A stretch of DNA of 64,000 nt, from positions 51,336,001-51,400,000 of the forward strand of contig OZ024745.1 in the NCBI GenBank assembly GCA_964016885.1, in the 5' to 3' direction. This DNA comes from Eledone cirrhosa. Taxonomy: Eukaryota. The first letter of the stretch is position 1. Each line of letters opens with the position of its first letter. Under the pieces are notes generated by a model. That model saw only the letters and a program-made list of their open reading frames with translations, had not been told where the DNA came from and ran no database searches. Of the stretch, positions 14,021 to 31,836 are shown one piece after another. A program made the translations under genes and the position numbers.

Positions 14021-14506
14021 TATGTATATGTATATATTTCTGCGTGTTTGTTATGCTCGAGCCACGGATGCAAGATTGTAAGTTAGATTCCCTGCGATGG
14101 GTTGTGTCCTTGAGAGAGTAATTTCATTTCCCTCAGCTGTCAAAAATATTATGTCATATTATGTCATCCTATATATATATCTGAGAAGTAGGTTCAAAGG
14201 AATCATGTCTCTGGAAAGCTCTGCCACTTGCACCTTAATTTCACGAGCAGCCTGTTTCGCTGTCGTACACACACTCACATACATAAGTGTGATATTTGTG
14301 TTTCGGACTTGATATACTATGGTGTGTATTGATTATGCATACATACGCACATACATACATAGATATATACGTGCATATATACATACATACATGCATACAT
14401 GCATACATACACACACATACATACGTAGATACATAAACACACATACGTATTTACATACGTACATACATACGTACATACATACATATATACATACATTCAT
14501 ACATAC

Positions 14507-14810
14507 ATGAGGAGTTTACAAATCCAGTATCCAAGATACACCTTTAGCTTCATACCCATCATTATTGGAGCTACGGGTTATATACCAACTCGCTTGGACC
14601 AAAGTATGACTGAACTTGGATTTGCGGACAAAAAGCGCAGCTCCCTAATTCATAGTCTACAAATGGCTGCGATAGCTGGCACCTTCAAAATTTGCAAAAC
14701 ATTCTTGCGATTCAAGGGATGACAATTTCTTTTCTTTTACAACCTTGCCACCAGGAAGGTGGCCGGTCAAAAAAATATACTCGGAATTAAGAGAAAGAGA
14801 TAACATGCAT
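14507..14810 (+). mobile_element. 3' fragment of an RLE-type non-LTR retrotransposon (R4/Dong-like) inside (TACA)n
   Basis: IPIIIGATGYIP...LQMAAIAGTFKICKTFL resembles the C-terminus of restriction-like endonuclease elements. Confidence 0.55.
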
Positions 14811-15324
14811 ACATACATATATATATATATATCCACCACACATATAAATATATATTTCAAACGGATGAGAGTTAGAAAGAGAGAGGTATTTGTGAGAGAG
14901 AGAAAGGGAATGTGTGAGCAATAGATATAAAGCGAAGAGAAAAGGAGATAAATTTTCAAAGAAAATTTGGGAAAGCAATTTAGATCATATTAAATATCTA
15001 TAATATTTCAAGCGTTTTTATTTGAAGAGAAACAGATGCCATTATTTGCCGTGTCTCTCAATATAAAGTCAATAAACTTAAAAAAAAGAAAGTAGTGTAT
15101 GAAACAGTTGAAATTATTCCCTAGAAATATATAGTAAAATTAATGATACACAATATGAAATATACAGATATATAAGCTAATTTAATCAAGTGTGAATCTT
15201 GTCGCACATACTGAAGAATCTGAGACCGAAAAGAAAAAAAGACGACAGATAACTATAAAAAGAAAGATGAAACTATAAACATAAGACATTATGCAGGAAT
15301 ACACACACACACACACACACACAG

Positions 15325-15401
<77 letters not shown>

Positions 15402-15478
15402 TGTATATACATATATACACACACACACATATATATATATGTATGTGTGTGTGTGTATGTATGTGTGTATCAGTAGGT

Positions 15479-15537
<59 letters not shown>

Positions 15538-15552
15538 TCTGAATGTGTGTAC

Positions 15553-15625
15553 GGGGTCGATAAAATAAAGTACCAGTAATGCACTGGGTGATTGCTGGCC
15601 TTGTGCCTAAAGTAGAAACAATTAT
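15553..15625 (+). mobile_element. 3' part of the tRNA-derived SINE
   Basis: GGGGTCGATAAAATAAAGTACCAG...GGCCTTGTGCCTAAAGTAGAAACAAT matches the SINE copies at 36640 and 46954. Confidence 0.75.
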
Positions 15626-15639
15626 GTATACAAGATACT

Positions 15640-18410
15640 TGAACGTCATGTGAAAGACTCTCACCCAGCAAGTGCTCCCTGGCCCAACAGCAGGGATACT
15701 GCTGGTTTTGGAGGAAGAAGAAGGAATGGGACAAGAACCAATTGGACGAAAGAATTGAATAGAACTGTCATGAAATGTTACCTGAAGAGTAACCCATGGA
15801 AAAAGGCTATAGGAAACGGATGCATAACATCTGGAACGAGATTGGTCTATTTAAATTAGGTGAACAAAAATTGGCCGGACAGGCTCGTGTAATAAGAACT
15901 AATGGATGGATAAGCGAGTTGGAACTGGAGGAACTGAGCAGAGAGATTAGGTTGGAAATGGAGAGTATGGAAATGGAAGTGGAGTATATCAGGCAAAGGA
16001 GCCACTGGGAAATGAAGGTGAAGAAGTTGAGAGACCTGAGGAAGCATCCGAAGCAGACAATGATCTGAATGCTGAAATAAATAACATCTGGAACAAAGCT
16101 ACGGCCATTGTGGAAATGAATGCTGATGGGCTATGGTAAGATTTGGTTGATATCCTGAACTTAGTGGTAGATGAAATGAACAATGATAGTGGAAAACCTA
16201 TGAACCTAAGATTTGTAGACAGGAAGAAGTTAAAAGAAACAACAACTAAAGTAAACAAGGTCATCCCATACCGTGAGGCGAGGAACCTTCACCAATGCAA
16301 CAATGTCCTCAAAGCAACCGCAAATGTGGTGAGAAATTACTTGGTATAAAAACGAGAGGAAACAACAAACAAGAAAGATCAGAATCTGGGTGGAAGAAAC
16401 GACTGAATGGTCAAATCAAGGAAATGAGAAAAGAAATTGGAATGCTTCAGTCTTAACTGAATGGGAAATTACAAAACATAGATTGAAAATAAAATACAAA
16501 ACTAGGGGGAAAGAGCTAAGTGTTATCACAGAGGAACTGAATCAACGCATTGTAGCAAAACGTGCAAATATTAGGCGGTATGAGAACAGAGAGAGTCAGT
16601 ATAGATAGAACCGCATGTTTGACAACAACCAGAAGATGTTGTTTTAACAGCTTGAAGGGAAAGAAAGAGGCAACGACGTGATCCCTAAGGCGTAACAGAC
16701 TAAGACATTCTGGAGAGGAATATGGGAGCAGGATGTTGAACATAATAGTCAGGCAGTGTGGATTGAGACAGTTCAAAAGGAGATTAGTGAACAAGCACCC
16801 AACAACCTGATTTGAGTATCACAGTTAAAGGGCAGGCCAAAAAACAAACCAACTGGAAATCAACAGGCCCAGATGGTGTGCAAGGGTATTGGATTAAAAA
16901 TATAACATCCCTCCACCCAAAATTGACAACCTTATTCAATGACTGCTTGATGTCGGGTGAAGTACCAGAGTGGTTGACAAAAGGTACTACAGTTCTTGTA
17001 ATGAAAGACCGAATCAAGGGTAATGAAGTTACCAACTATAGGCCTATCACATGTCTGTCCGTAATGTGGAAATTGTTAACAAGCATTATGTCTGAGGAAA
17101 TCTACCATCACCTCCACATAAACAACTTATTACAGGACGAACAGAAAGGATGCCGAAAGAAGTACTGTGGTACAAATGACCGGTTACTTATTGATAAGAT
17201 GGTATTGAGAAATTGCAAGGTGAGGCACACTGGTCTTGCCATGGGATGGATAGATTACAAAAAGGCATTCAACATGGTACCGAATTCTTGGATAGCGAAA
17301 CGCCTAGAGATCTTCAAGTTGGCAGATAACATCAGACAGCTATTGAGCAAAAGTATGAAGTCCTGGGAAACAGAGTTAACATCGGGTGGAGAATCATTGG
17401 GAGGTGTGAAGATCAAGATAGGTATCTTCCAGGGAGATAGTTTGTCCCCTTTGTTGTTTGTCCTTTCCCTGATACCCTGTCCGTCATATTGCGAAAAGTG
17501 AGAGCAGGATACAAGTTGGGAAGGGGAGAGCTTACCATCAACCACCTCCTCTTCATGGACGATCTTAAACTCTTTGGGAAAAGTGAGAAGGAGTTGGATT
17601 ACTTGTTGACACTGTCCGTATTTTCAGCAATGATATAGATATGGAAGTTGGTGTGGAGTTCTAGTGATGAAGAGGGGTAAATTGAGCAGAAGTAACGGAA
17701 TCCAGGTACCAACAGGTGAGATGATAAAGGACATTGACACTGAAGAGGGATACAAATATATAGGTGTTCTGGAGACAGATGACACCAAGAACAAAAATAA
17801 GAAGATCTGAATACATAAGGAGAGTAAGGAACATATAAAAATCACATCTAAATAGTAGGAATGTCATAAGTGCAGTAAATTCCCGAGCTGTGTCTATTAT
17901 TAGGTACAGTGCTGAAATGGAATGTTGCTGAACAAAAGAAATGGATAGGAAGACTAGGAATCTAATGGCTATCTACAACATGTTCCACAAGAGGAGTGAT
18001 GTTGATAGACTCTACTTAAAGAGTTCTGAAGGCGGAAGAGGTCTTATCAGCATAGAGGACTGTGTTCAGATGGAGAAAAACAACCTGCACAAATATATGG
18101 CTGAGAGTAGGGTGCCAATGCTCAACATTGTACTGAAGGAGAAGACAATAGACCAGGGGATGTCCAAGGAGGAAGAGCAACCTTCATTAAAAATCCCTTC
18201 ATAGCACCTTCTTTAAAAAAACGGAACTTAGAGATCCACAGACATGGAACTGGTTAAAAAGAGGAGAGGAGACCTTAAAAAAGCTACAAAAGGGATGCTA
18301 ATGGCTGCGCAAGAGCAAGCCCCAGACCGAAGTGGGTGAAAAACCATATTTACAAGGAGGAGGCTAGCTCACTGTGTAGGATCTGTGGAGAGAGAGAGGA
18401 GATTGTGGCA
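15640..18410 (+). mobile_element. Degenerate R4/Dong-clade non-LTR retrotransposon (RT; 3' end deleted)
   Basis: N-terminal GYRKRMHNIW...EQKLAGQARVI; RT NWKSTGPDGVQGYWIK, NYRPITCL, WIDYKKAFNMV, GIFQGDSLSPLLF, FMDDLKL; EGGRGL; CRICGE knuckle start. Many stops and frameshifts. Confidence 0.8.
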
Positions 18411-20206
18411 CAGCAACTCCCCCCCCCGATCCAGGACGGCTGGATGCGTACACCTGGTAGCCGCCGAAGATCGGTGCGAAGGCCCGTGCTTCGGAGATTC
18501 TGGTGTCGCTGATAGCCACTACATCTATGTGACTTGAGGTCGTTGAGCAGGTGGCCCTGCTTCCATGACGACCCCAAGCCACGCGCATTTATGCTGCCTA
18601 TTCTGAGTGAGGTCAGTTGGTTGCTTTGTTTTGTTTGCGTTTGTTGGGGGTTTGTTTCTGTTTCGCTTTTTGGTGACTTTTGTGGTGTTGGTGATGGTGG
18701 TGTTGGGGTTAATGATGGTGATGCTGTTGGTGATGCTGGTGTGGATGGTGACATAGCTGTCCTAACTTTTTTGTTTAGAAGTTTATTTGTTTCTCCTCTG
18801 TATTTTGTTTTTGAAGGGAGAATGAAGGGGATTTTTTCTTTTTTGGTTTCTTTTTCTTTTTTTTTCCCTGATACCGTTTCCCACTCCTCGTCGTCACAAT
18901 CTGTCTCCAGTGATAGGTCGGGGAGTGGAAAATCCTCCACAGGCGTTGGTTTTGGTTGTGGCGTGGTGGATGGTTTAGGCGCTGGTGCTAGTTCTGGCGC
19001 GTTGGGTGGTGGTGGTGTTGGTTTTGCTACTGTTGCTGGGATTGTTGCTGTTACAGTTGCTTCTGTTGTTGCTGCTACAGTTGTTGCTGCCATTTCTGCT
19101 GATGTTGGTGTTGATGGTTGAGTCATTGGGGTGGGTAAGAGAGGTGGCCTCAACCTTTTAGCCTGAGGGCAGAAAGCCCTTAGGTGGGTTCCTTCACCAC
19201 AAACGACACACCTAGGCCTTCTGCCCTCGACGATTACGATGAGGTGGCTGCCTCAGTGAGGTCTATTACCTCTGGGATCTCCTCAATGCTTTTTTGGTCC
19301 GCTTGGATCAGGAGCTCCATCCCAGATCCGGAACACGTCCACGGTTCCATATTTCTGCCCACGTCTGATATGGGCTTTTTTTGCCCACACATGTCCCAAA
19401 GCTTTTTGGATTTGGGACTCGGATGCCCGTCCCACTCGGCGCGATTTTATGTTAATCGTCTGATAAGACACGGTGCATAGGCGCCGATGCTCCATTTTAT
19501 TAGGTGGGGGGTGAGGCTGACCCTGTACCCATCCTTCTTTCCCATTCTCTTGGCTTCATCTAATTCCTCCTGAGTTACCTGGATTGCTTCGCACCTTTTT
19601 GCTACTCTGGCAAAAGACAGGGTGGTTTTCTTATTCTCATTGTTGTTGTTGCTGTTGTTGTTATCGTTATTTTTGTTATTGTTATTTTTTGTTTCAGTTG
19701 TGGTGGTGGTGGCGTCAGTGGTGTTGGGTGTGGAAGAGTCGATTTTGGGTTAATCCATTTCGATGTCACGAGATAATTTATTTTTTTCTTTTGTTTCTGT
19801 TGTCGCTGTGGTGGTGGTGGGGTGGCGGCTTCAACACCTGCAGTCATTGGTAATTGCGGGAAATAAATGTCTGCATGAGACAAATTTAAATTATTGCTAC
19901 TGCTTATATTTTAGTGTTGGCAAACGTAGTAATATTTACAATGGTGGTGTCGGTGTGAGGTGTTAGTTTGTGAGGAAGGTGTGACTGTGAGTCGTCCATG
20001 ATTTTTTCAAAGAAATATTTTTTGTTTGATAATTATAAAAGTTTAAATTTTGGGCCAATCTTTTTGAGTGTCCTTTTCCGAAAGCAAATTTTGTGACCTT
20101 ATAAATAGTTAACAACAAAAATGTTCCATAAATGGCAATTCTAAACAAACGAAAACAACAAACCTTTGCGGAGCTCACGATGATACGATTTCCTACCTAG
20201 ATCGCC
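18408..20206 (-). mobile_element. Internally deleted 5' part of an L1/Tx1-type LINE (copy B)
   Basis: Colinear with 23706-26142, same 5' end, two internal deletions. Confidence 0.85.

Positions 20207-20250
<44 letters not shown>
20207..20250. repeat. (AAT)n between the two Tx1 copies
   Basis: Seen directly; another (AAT)n at 26143-26180. Confidence 0.95.
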
Positions 20251-20252
<2 letters not shown>

Positions 20253-20495
20253 TTTTCTTTATTAACCACAAGGGTTTACATAAAGTAGATATTAAGGACA
20301 GTACAGGACAATACAGGACGGTACAAATGGGCATTTCTGCGTGTAAAAAAAACAGAGGATGAAATAAAATAACAAAGAAAAATTTCCCAATAGGGGGGAG
20401 ACTTCCGAGGGACATTTGTGGAGAAAGCCCATTAAAAGACCACAGTGGCCCTGACCACCAGGGCAAGTGCCCTCTCCCAGTTTTCCACCTTTAAT

Positions 20496-23400
20496 TTACA
20501 GACACATACTCAGAGAAGGCCCATTCATTCGGGCCATACTTGCTTCTCTCACCCATCTTTCAACAAAATGCTGGGAAGAGAGCACTTCCCTCTCTACCCT
20601 GATTTTCCTTTTCAAATGAAATTTGAAAAAGTTAATCAGGGCATCACCGAAGAGGTAAGTGCTCGTCTTCAGCCCTTTCAAACGTGTCCACCATACTATC
20701 TCTTTCGTCATGGCCACCAGACAGATAAAAACTGCCTGCCCTTCCCGGCTAAAGGAAGGGGGCGGGGCAATCCTCACGATGGACTCAGCTGATAGCTGGA
20801 TCCGTCCTACACGTGACAGCAGGTGTTCGACATAAACGCACAAGTCAGCAATGCTCGGACACTGGACGAGTGCGTGCAGGACGGTTTCGTCGCCCTGCGC
20901 GCATCTCGGACATGCCCGGCTGACGGCACCTCCAAACCTGTAGAGTTTATCCCGAACTGGCAAAGCTCCTCGGTAGCACTGCCAGGCCAGGGATTTCTGG
21001 AAGTTGTCCATAGGCCCCGGCCCGAAAGTCCTTCCGAAGAGATTGGCTAGTTGATTTTCGTCGACGCCTAGAGTTTCTCCAAGTACGTCGTCGCTCTTCC
21101 CCTCCACTAATCCCCTATAGAACGCCAAGGTGGAGTTTCCACCGATCACATTGCCCGATTGGTCGAGGGCTGAGAGCGCCTGAAGACATTCCAGTCTCCA
21201 AGCGCTCCCTCTCGGTCTTCGCTTGACCCAGGACTGCAGCTCCGTCAAGGAGACGAGCTGGGGAAAAACGTGTCTCGCAAACGGCGACCACACCTGATCA
21301 CCGTCGAGGAAGAAGTGGAGATGTCGTAGCCTGAGCGCGTGTCTGCGCATCATCAGCCACGGCATGCCCAGCCCTCCACGTAGCGGGTGTTGACAGCAGA
21401 TGGACCGCCTGACCATCGGAGCGCGTCCCTTCCACAAGAAGCGAAAGAGCAAACGCTCCAGCGCAGTCAGGCGGGGCTTAGGACAAGGTACGACGGTCAG
21501 GCGGTAGTAGATGACGGATGCGATGTACGCATTCGCCACCTCCGCTCGACCTTTCAGGGATAGCTTCCTCTCGGCCCATTTCTGGGTGAGAGAAGCCACC
21601 CTGCTCGTCACCTCGTCACCTCGTCCCAGTTTTTGTCCGTCTGGAGGTCTGGATCGAACGAGACCCCTAGCAATTTAACCGGTCCGTCCGTCCAGCGCCC
21701 GACGACGCTGTTGGACGGCATGGACCTGCCTCTCCAGGTGCCGAGCTGCAGGCCCACTGACTTTTCCTGGTTGATCATTGCTCCTGTCACTGCTTCGTAT
21801 TCTCTTAGTGTAGTGCCGATCGCCTCGATGTGTTTGGCGTTCGACACCACTACGGTGACATCGTCGGCATATGCTGACACGGATCTTCCGCATCCTAGTT
21901 CGCGCGGGACCCCCCTCAACGTCTCCAGTTTGTGCAGTAATGGCCCGAGAGTCAATACGTACAATAGGGACGAGAGGGAACATCCTTGGCGGACCGAGCG
22001 CATGATGTTGAAGGGTTCCGAAAGGTGACCGTTCACTCTCACTACAGAGCAGATGTCGCTGTGCATGGCAGCGATCCAGCCTCTGAAGACGGGCCCAAAG
22101 CCAGCCGCGCTCAGGACTGCCGCTAGGTAACGATGGTCGACCCTATCGAAGGCTTTCGACTGATCTAAATTGATCAAAGACCCACCCGTGCCAGGTTCCC
22201 TAGCTACCCTCTCTACGATGTATCGCATGAGGTGGAGGTTGTCGTGGATGGATCTGTCGGGAATGGCGCATGTCTGTGCCTCTCCCACCAGACCACCAAC
22301 GACAAGCGCCAACCTCTTTGCTAGCACCTTGGCCAAAATCTTGAACTCTGTGTTTAGCAGAGTTATGGGCCTAAAATTATCTATGTAATCCCCCTTGTTC
22401 GGATCCTTTCTCAGCAGCGCCACCGCTCCTCGGCTCACAGACCTGGGAATTCTCCCGTTCTGTTGCCAGTTGCAGTAGACGTCCGCCAAGAGGCCTCCGA
22501 ACAAGTTTGGCATTTGTACGTAAAGTTCATAGGGCAGACCATCCAAACCAGGCGATTTACCTCTTGTGCAACTAGTCATTGCATCCCGTACTTCAGCGGT
22601 TGTTATCGGCTTTTCGCAACACTCCGCCTCAGTGGCCGAAAGCCGCGGCAGTCCGTCGAGGTAGACACTAAAGTCTATCCCTCGATCCGGCCCGTCACTG
22701 CCCCCGAACAGTTGAGCGAAGTGTCGCTGAAAAGCTTCACACATTTGCCCGGGATCGAGTAGCATGCGCCCGTCGTGGTCCACCAAAGACCGGATCGTGG
22801 CTTTGTTGCCACGACGCGCCTCCGCCACTCGGGCCCATTGAACGGCTTTCGTCCCCTCGTGTCTGAGAGCACGCACCCTAGCTCTGACAACGCAGCCTTC
22901 GTGCTTTGCATTGAAGAATTGGTCAAGGGCCAATTTCGCCGCAAGTACGTCGGTCGCGATGCCTTTGCTAAGCGCCTCATCTAATTTTCTAACTAATTCT
23001 CCCTCTGCTCTATTTTTCTCTATTGCTAAAGTCTTACTAAACCTAATGGACTCTATTCTAATTGCTCTTTTCAGAGCAAACCACCACTTGTTGTTGACGA
23101 TGGCCCCCGTCAACGCCCGCTTAACTAGTTCGCTAATCCGGTCTCTGTAGGCCTTGCGCGCTGGTAAGGACGCGTTTAGCTTCCAGTAGCCGGGTCCTCG
23201 TCTATGAAGCCTATCAAAGTCAAGCACACAGATCACGAATTTGTGGTCCGTGTAGCTGACTATCTTGAATTGTGGACAGCCTATGCTAGACCTATCTATT
23301 TCCCTACAAAATACTCTATCTAGATATGATCTGGATGACCCTATGCGATTTGTCCAAGTCCACATTGGTACATTCGGTAAATCCATTCGGTACCTGTCAG

Positions 23401-23923
23401 ACAGTTCAAAACGTCTGAGCAGGTTGGTGAGACTCTTGCACCCTCCTTCCCTATCCACTAATCCCACACAATCCCAGCGTGCATCTAAGATCCCGTTCCA
23501 GTCGCCCACTAACACTAAAGAGCGGGACGTTCCAAGAAAGGTCTCCAGACGCCGGAAGAAATCAGGCCGCCCTGCTCCTGTCGGGGCATAGACGGCCACT
23601 AACCTGAAAGCTTGGCCGTCTCCGCTGGTCACGTCCAGCACCACCAACTTACCTTCTGGGTCCAGGAAGATGGCCCGTATGGCAAGATCCAAACCTCTCC
23701 GAAAAAGCACAGCAACTCCTCCCCCCGATCCCGGACGGCTGGGAGATGCGTACACATCGTAGCCGCCGAAGATCGGTGCGAAAGCCTGTGCTTCGGAGAT
23801 TCTAGTCTCGCTGATGGCCACTACATCTATGTTTAGTGACCTGAGGTAGTTGAGCAGGTGGCCCTGCTTCCATGACGACCCCAAGCCACGCGCATTTATG
23901 CTGCCTATTCTGAGTGAGGTCAT
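20496..23923 (-). pseudogene. LINE ORF2: APE endonuclease + reverse transcriptase + CCHC; one frameshift
   Basis: SINARGL, ISET, VYAP, GDWN, YLDR, TDH (APE); KSPGLDG, FRPITLLN, DQSKAFDRV, VRQGC, YADD (RT); CPRC..ETVLHALVQC. The frameshift comes from an 8-bp duplication (CGTCACCT) at ~21606-21621. Confidence 0.92.
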
Positions 23924-23957
23924 GTTGAAAAGGAGTGGAAAAGATGGGAAAGACCAC

Positions 23958-25934
23958 TTACCTTACTTCTCGTAGGGGAAGGACGGTTTTTCCATCCTTT
24001 TCACTGCTTGTGGCCTCCTCAGGAAGGATGTCCTTATAAATCCTCCTGGAGAGTGCTTGTCGGAAGTCTCCGATGTCTTTGGGGAATTTTTGTTTTAGTG
24101 TCATGTACGTTTTCTGTGTGATGCAAGTGATTTGTATGTGTGGAAGTGGTGTAAATTTTGGGGTTGTTGTGTAGTCTTTTTCTGTGATGCTGGAGTTGTG
24201 TTGGATGTAGTGTAATAATTGCTTGTTGTTCAAATTTAATGTTGTGTAGTGTGTATCGTTTTGGTTGTTTTGTTTGCGTTTGTTGTGGGTTTGTTTCGGT
24301 TTCGCATTTTGGTGACTTTTGTGGTGTAGGTGATGGTGGTGTTGGGGTTAATGATGGTGATGGTGTTGGTGTTTGGGTTGATGGGGTTGGTGATGCTGGT
24401 GTGGATGGTGGCATATCTGTCCTAACTTTTTTGTTTCTTAATTTATTTGTTTCCCTCTGTATTTTGTTTTTGGAGGGGGAAGGAAGAGAATTTTTTCATT
24501 TTTGGTTTCTTTTTTTTTTTCCGGATATCGTTTCCCACTCCTCGTCGTCACAATCTGTCTCCAGTTGTGATAGGCCGGGGAGTGGAAAAGCCTCCACAGC
24601 CGTTAGTTTTGGTTGTGGCGTGGTGGATGGTGTAGGCGCTGGTGCTAGTTCTGAAGCGTTGGGTGGTGGTGGTATTGGTTTTGCTGGTGGTGGTGGTGTT
24701 GGTTTTGCTACTGTTGCTGGGGTTGTTGCTGTTATAGTTGCTTCTGTTGTTGCTGCTACAGTTGTTGCTGCCATCTCTGCTACTGGTGGTGTTGATGGTT
24801 GTGTCACTGGGGTGGGTAGGAGAGGTGGCCTCAACCTTTTAGCCTGAGGGCAGAAAGCCCTTAGGTGGGTTCCTTCACCACAAACGACACACCTAGGTCT
24901 TCTGCCCTCGACAATTACCGTGAGGTGGCTGCCGTCAGTGAGGTCTATTACCTCTGGGATCTCCTCAATGCTTTTTTGGTCCGCTTGGATCAGGAGCTCC
25001 ATCCCAGATCCGGACCAGTTCTCCTGCTTTTCTTTTGCTATTGCTATTATTTTCGTGTTGGCTTCGATGCCGGCGAGGACAGCCGCTATTAGCCAGGGAA
25101 TTTCGATGGCCGGTGGAACGTGGGTCACCCTGATCTTTACGAGTCTCTGGCCACAATAGCTTGGGACGAGTGTGAAGTCGTCACTTCTTAATGGGGCCAT
25201 GGAGTGTTCTCTAGCCTCCTCTGGTGTTTCAAAGAACACGTCCACGGTTCCATACTTTTGCCCACGTCTTATGTGGGTTTTTCTTGCCCACACATGTCCC
25301 AAAGCTTTTTGGATTTGGGACTCGGATGCCCGTTCCACTCGGCGCGATTTTACATTTATTGTTCTATACGACACGGTGCATAGGCGCCGATGCTCCATTT
25401 TATTAGGTGGGGGGTGAGGCTGACCCTGTACCCATCTTTCTTTACCATTTGTTTGGCATTTTCTAAATCCTCCTGAGTTACCGTAAATGCTTCAAACTGT
25501 TTTGCTACTCTGGCGAAACTGAGGGGGGGGGGGTTTATAATGTCATTGTTGTTGTTGCTATCGTTAATATTAATTTTAGTTTCAGTTGTGGTGGTGGTGA
25601 CGTCAGTCGTCTTTGGTGGGGAAGAGTCCATTTTGCTTGATTTCATTTCGACATCACGAGTTAATTTATTTTTTTCTTCTTTTGTTTCTGTTGTCGCGGT
25701 GGTGGTGGTGGTGGTGGTTGTCGCGGTGGTGGTGGTGGTGGAGGCTTTAACACCTGCAGTCATTGGTAATGGCGGGAAATGAATGTCTGCCTGAGACAAA
25801 TTTAAAATATTGCTAGTGCTTATATTTTTTTTTGTGTTGGCAAACGTAGTAACATTTACAATGGTGGTGTCGGTGTGAGGTGTTAATTTGTGAGGAAGGC
25901 TTTCAGCTGCTTCGTGCAGAGGTGAATTAGCCAT
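23958..25934 (-). pseudogene. LINE ORF1 (gag-like, CX2CX4HX4C knuckle), frameshifted
   Basis: EGRRPRCVVCGEGTHLRAFCP; Pro/Thr-rich C-terminal half; homologous to 60777-62678; frameshifts near homopolymer runs (~25405, ~24500). Confidence 0.8.
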
Positions 25935-26439
25935 TTTTTTCAAAGAAATTTTTTTGATAATAATAAAAGTTTAAATTTTGGGCACAAGGCCCCAATCTTT
26001 TTGGGTGTCCTTTTCTGAAAACAATGTATGTCCGCTTATAAACAGTTAACAATAAAATTTTCCATAAATGACAATTTTTAACAAACGGAAATAACAAACC
26101 TTTGCGGAGCTCACGATGATACGATTTACTACGTAGGTCGCCAATAATAATAATAATAATAATAATAATAGTAATAATAAATGTGAAGATTAAAATCCGA
26201 AGAGGACTTGAGAAAGATTATATATATATATGATGGACCCTCCCGTCAATATGCGACGTATGAGTATCCAACAAAAGTTAAATGTGAGAAAGTGAACTGA
26301 TGTTGAACTACCCACACACAGTTTTGTTTTAAGTGGTGAAGGCTTGTGTAGGACCAAACACACTTTTTGGGACTGACAACACATATCTTCGTTGCAAATG
26401 TTTTCCACGGAAAATACAACGACAGCCCTAAAAAAAAGA

Positions 26440-26640
26440 TACTATTTGGATGGCCGTTGACTCTGCTGGGTTCCTCCGCCATATGCCAAGTATTGTATTT
26501 TATCCCGCAGGGTGTCCAAATATCACCCTCCTAACCAAGCAAGTTTGGTGAGCTTGCCGGTTTTATCGCCGACGACCCGACCATGAGACAGGTTGTATTG
26601 GTTTACATGCTACCATTAGCACTCGAGAGCTGACATAAAT
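26440..26640 (-). mobile_element. RTE 5'-UTR-like repeat (homologous to 31585-31780)
   Basis: Shares TACAACCTGTCTCATGGTCGGGTCG, GGAGGGTGA and GAGTCAAYGGCCATCCAAA; begins next to (TA)n. Confidence 0.6.
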
Positions 26641-26741
26641 ATATATATATATATATATATCTAAACATGTAGAGCAAATATGTATTATAAGAACATATTT
26701 ATATATATATATGTATATATATATATGTATACATATATATG

Positions 26742-26783
<42 letters not shown>

Positions 26784-27715
26784 AGTGGTTACACAACAGT
26801 TAATTGGTGTTGAAGGGGACATGCTTCGGGCTTACGGCAAGAGCACCCTGGTGGGGTGTTGCTCCATCTTTAACCGACACAAAGTAAAACTAGGATACTC
26901 CTGCGCTAAGAACATGAAGGCCCACATCACCAACAGCCCTAAGAGCAACACCCCCACCAGGGTGCTCTTGCCGTAAGCCCGAAGCTTGTCCCCTTCATCA
27001 GCAATGCAACACACCCGTTGTAGTTTATGTAGCTGTGGTCATTTCCAACTGACCAAATCAACCACAGGAGGTCAAATCCTATGTTGGTATAGCGGAGGGC
27101 CGATTTAGGGAACGCTTCCTGAACCACCAGTTGAGCTTTAGGTACCCGGACAGACGTTCCTCCACGAAACTCGCGAGCCACGTATGATCCCTCAAGGACT
27201 CAAGTATAGACTACTCCATTCAATGGAAAACCATCACTAAGTCCAAGCCATACGCAAGGGGCAATCCGTCGTGTGGAATATGTATTGATGAGCGAATAAA
27301 TATTCGAAAGTGATACGCAATAGTGATTGCCTAAACACGAGTTATGAATTCTTCACACGTTGTCCACACGTATGGAAACACCTCTTACATAACTACAAAG
27401 CTCCGGATTGAATTACAACAACATCCTAATTTTCTTAACAACTAGAAACTTTCGGATTTCGCCGTTATCTCCCTTACACCTCCCGCACGCAATTTAGTAT
27501 TGCCTGTGTGAAGTGATCGTTTCTGTGCATACGCGTTCGTACGGTTGTCCTTCCTGTTCCGTATAACCATGTCCATTACCAGCTGAGGATCCGCTAAGGT
27601 GAAACAATTGTTCTCGGTATGGTGAACTAACTGTTGTGTAACCACTCCTACCTAACTCGTCCCATGGACTGAGTGCTCTACCACTACGTATATTACCTTC
27701 CAGTGTTCTACCACT
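26784..27715 (+). mobile_element. 5'-truncated Naiad-type PLE (GIY-YIG remnant + pseudo-LTR) with inverted pieces at its 5' junction
   Basis: IFNRHKVKLGYSC...CSCRKPEACPL...SYVGIAEGRFRERFLNH...CGICIDE; HHR at 27573-27622; flanked by (TA)n. Confidence 0.8.
27573..27622 (+). ncRNA. Type I hammerhead motif
   Basis: ccattaccag-CTGAGGA-tcc-gctaa-ggt-GAAA-CAATTG-TT-ctcggtatgg; palindromic stem III ACAATTGT. Confidence 0.6.
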
Positions 27716-27729
27716 ATATATATATATTG

Positions 27730-31836
<4,107 letters not shown>

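Larger units (their letters stand above)
20251..26142 (-). mobile_element. Full-length L1/Tx1-type LINE (copy A, ~5.9 kb) inserted in (TTA)n
   Basis: 5' UTR, ORF1 with zinc knuckle, ORF2 with APE-RT-CCHC, 3' end AATAAAGAAAACA followed by (TTA)n. Confidence 0.9.

Noticed and set aside
18534-25782. Long plus-strand Val/Gly-rich ORFs (also minus-strand ORFs at 60716-63841)
   Set aside because: Antisense shadows of the LINE ORFs.
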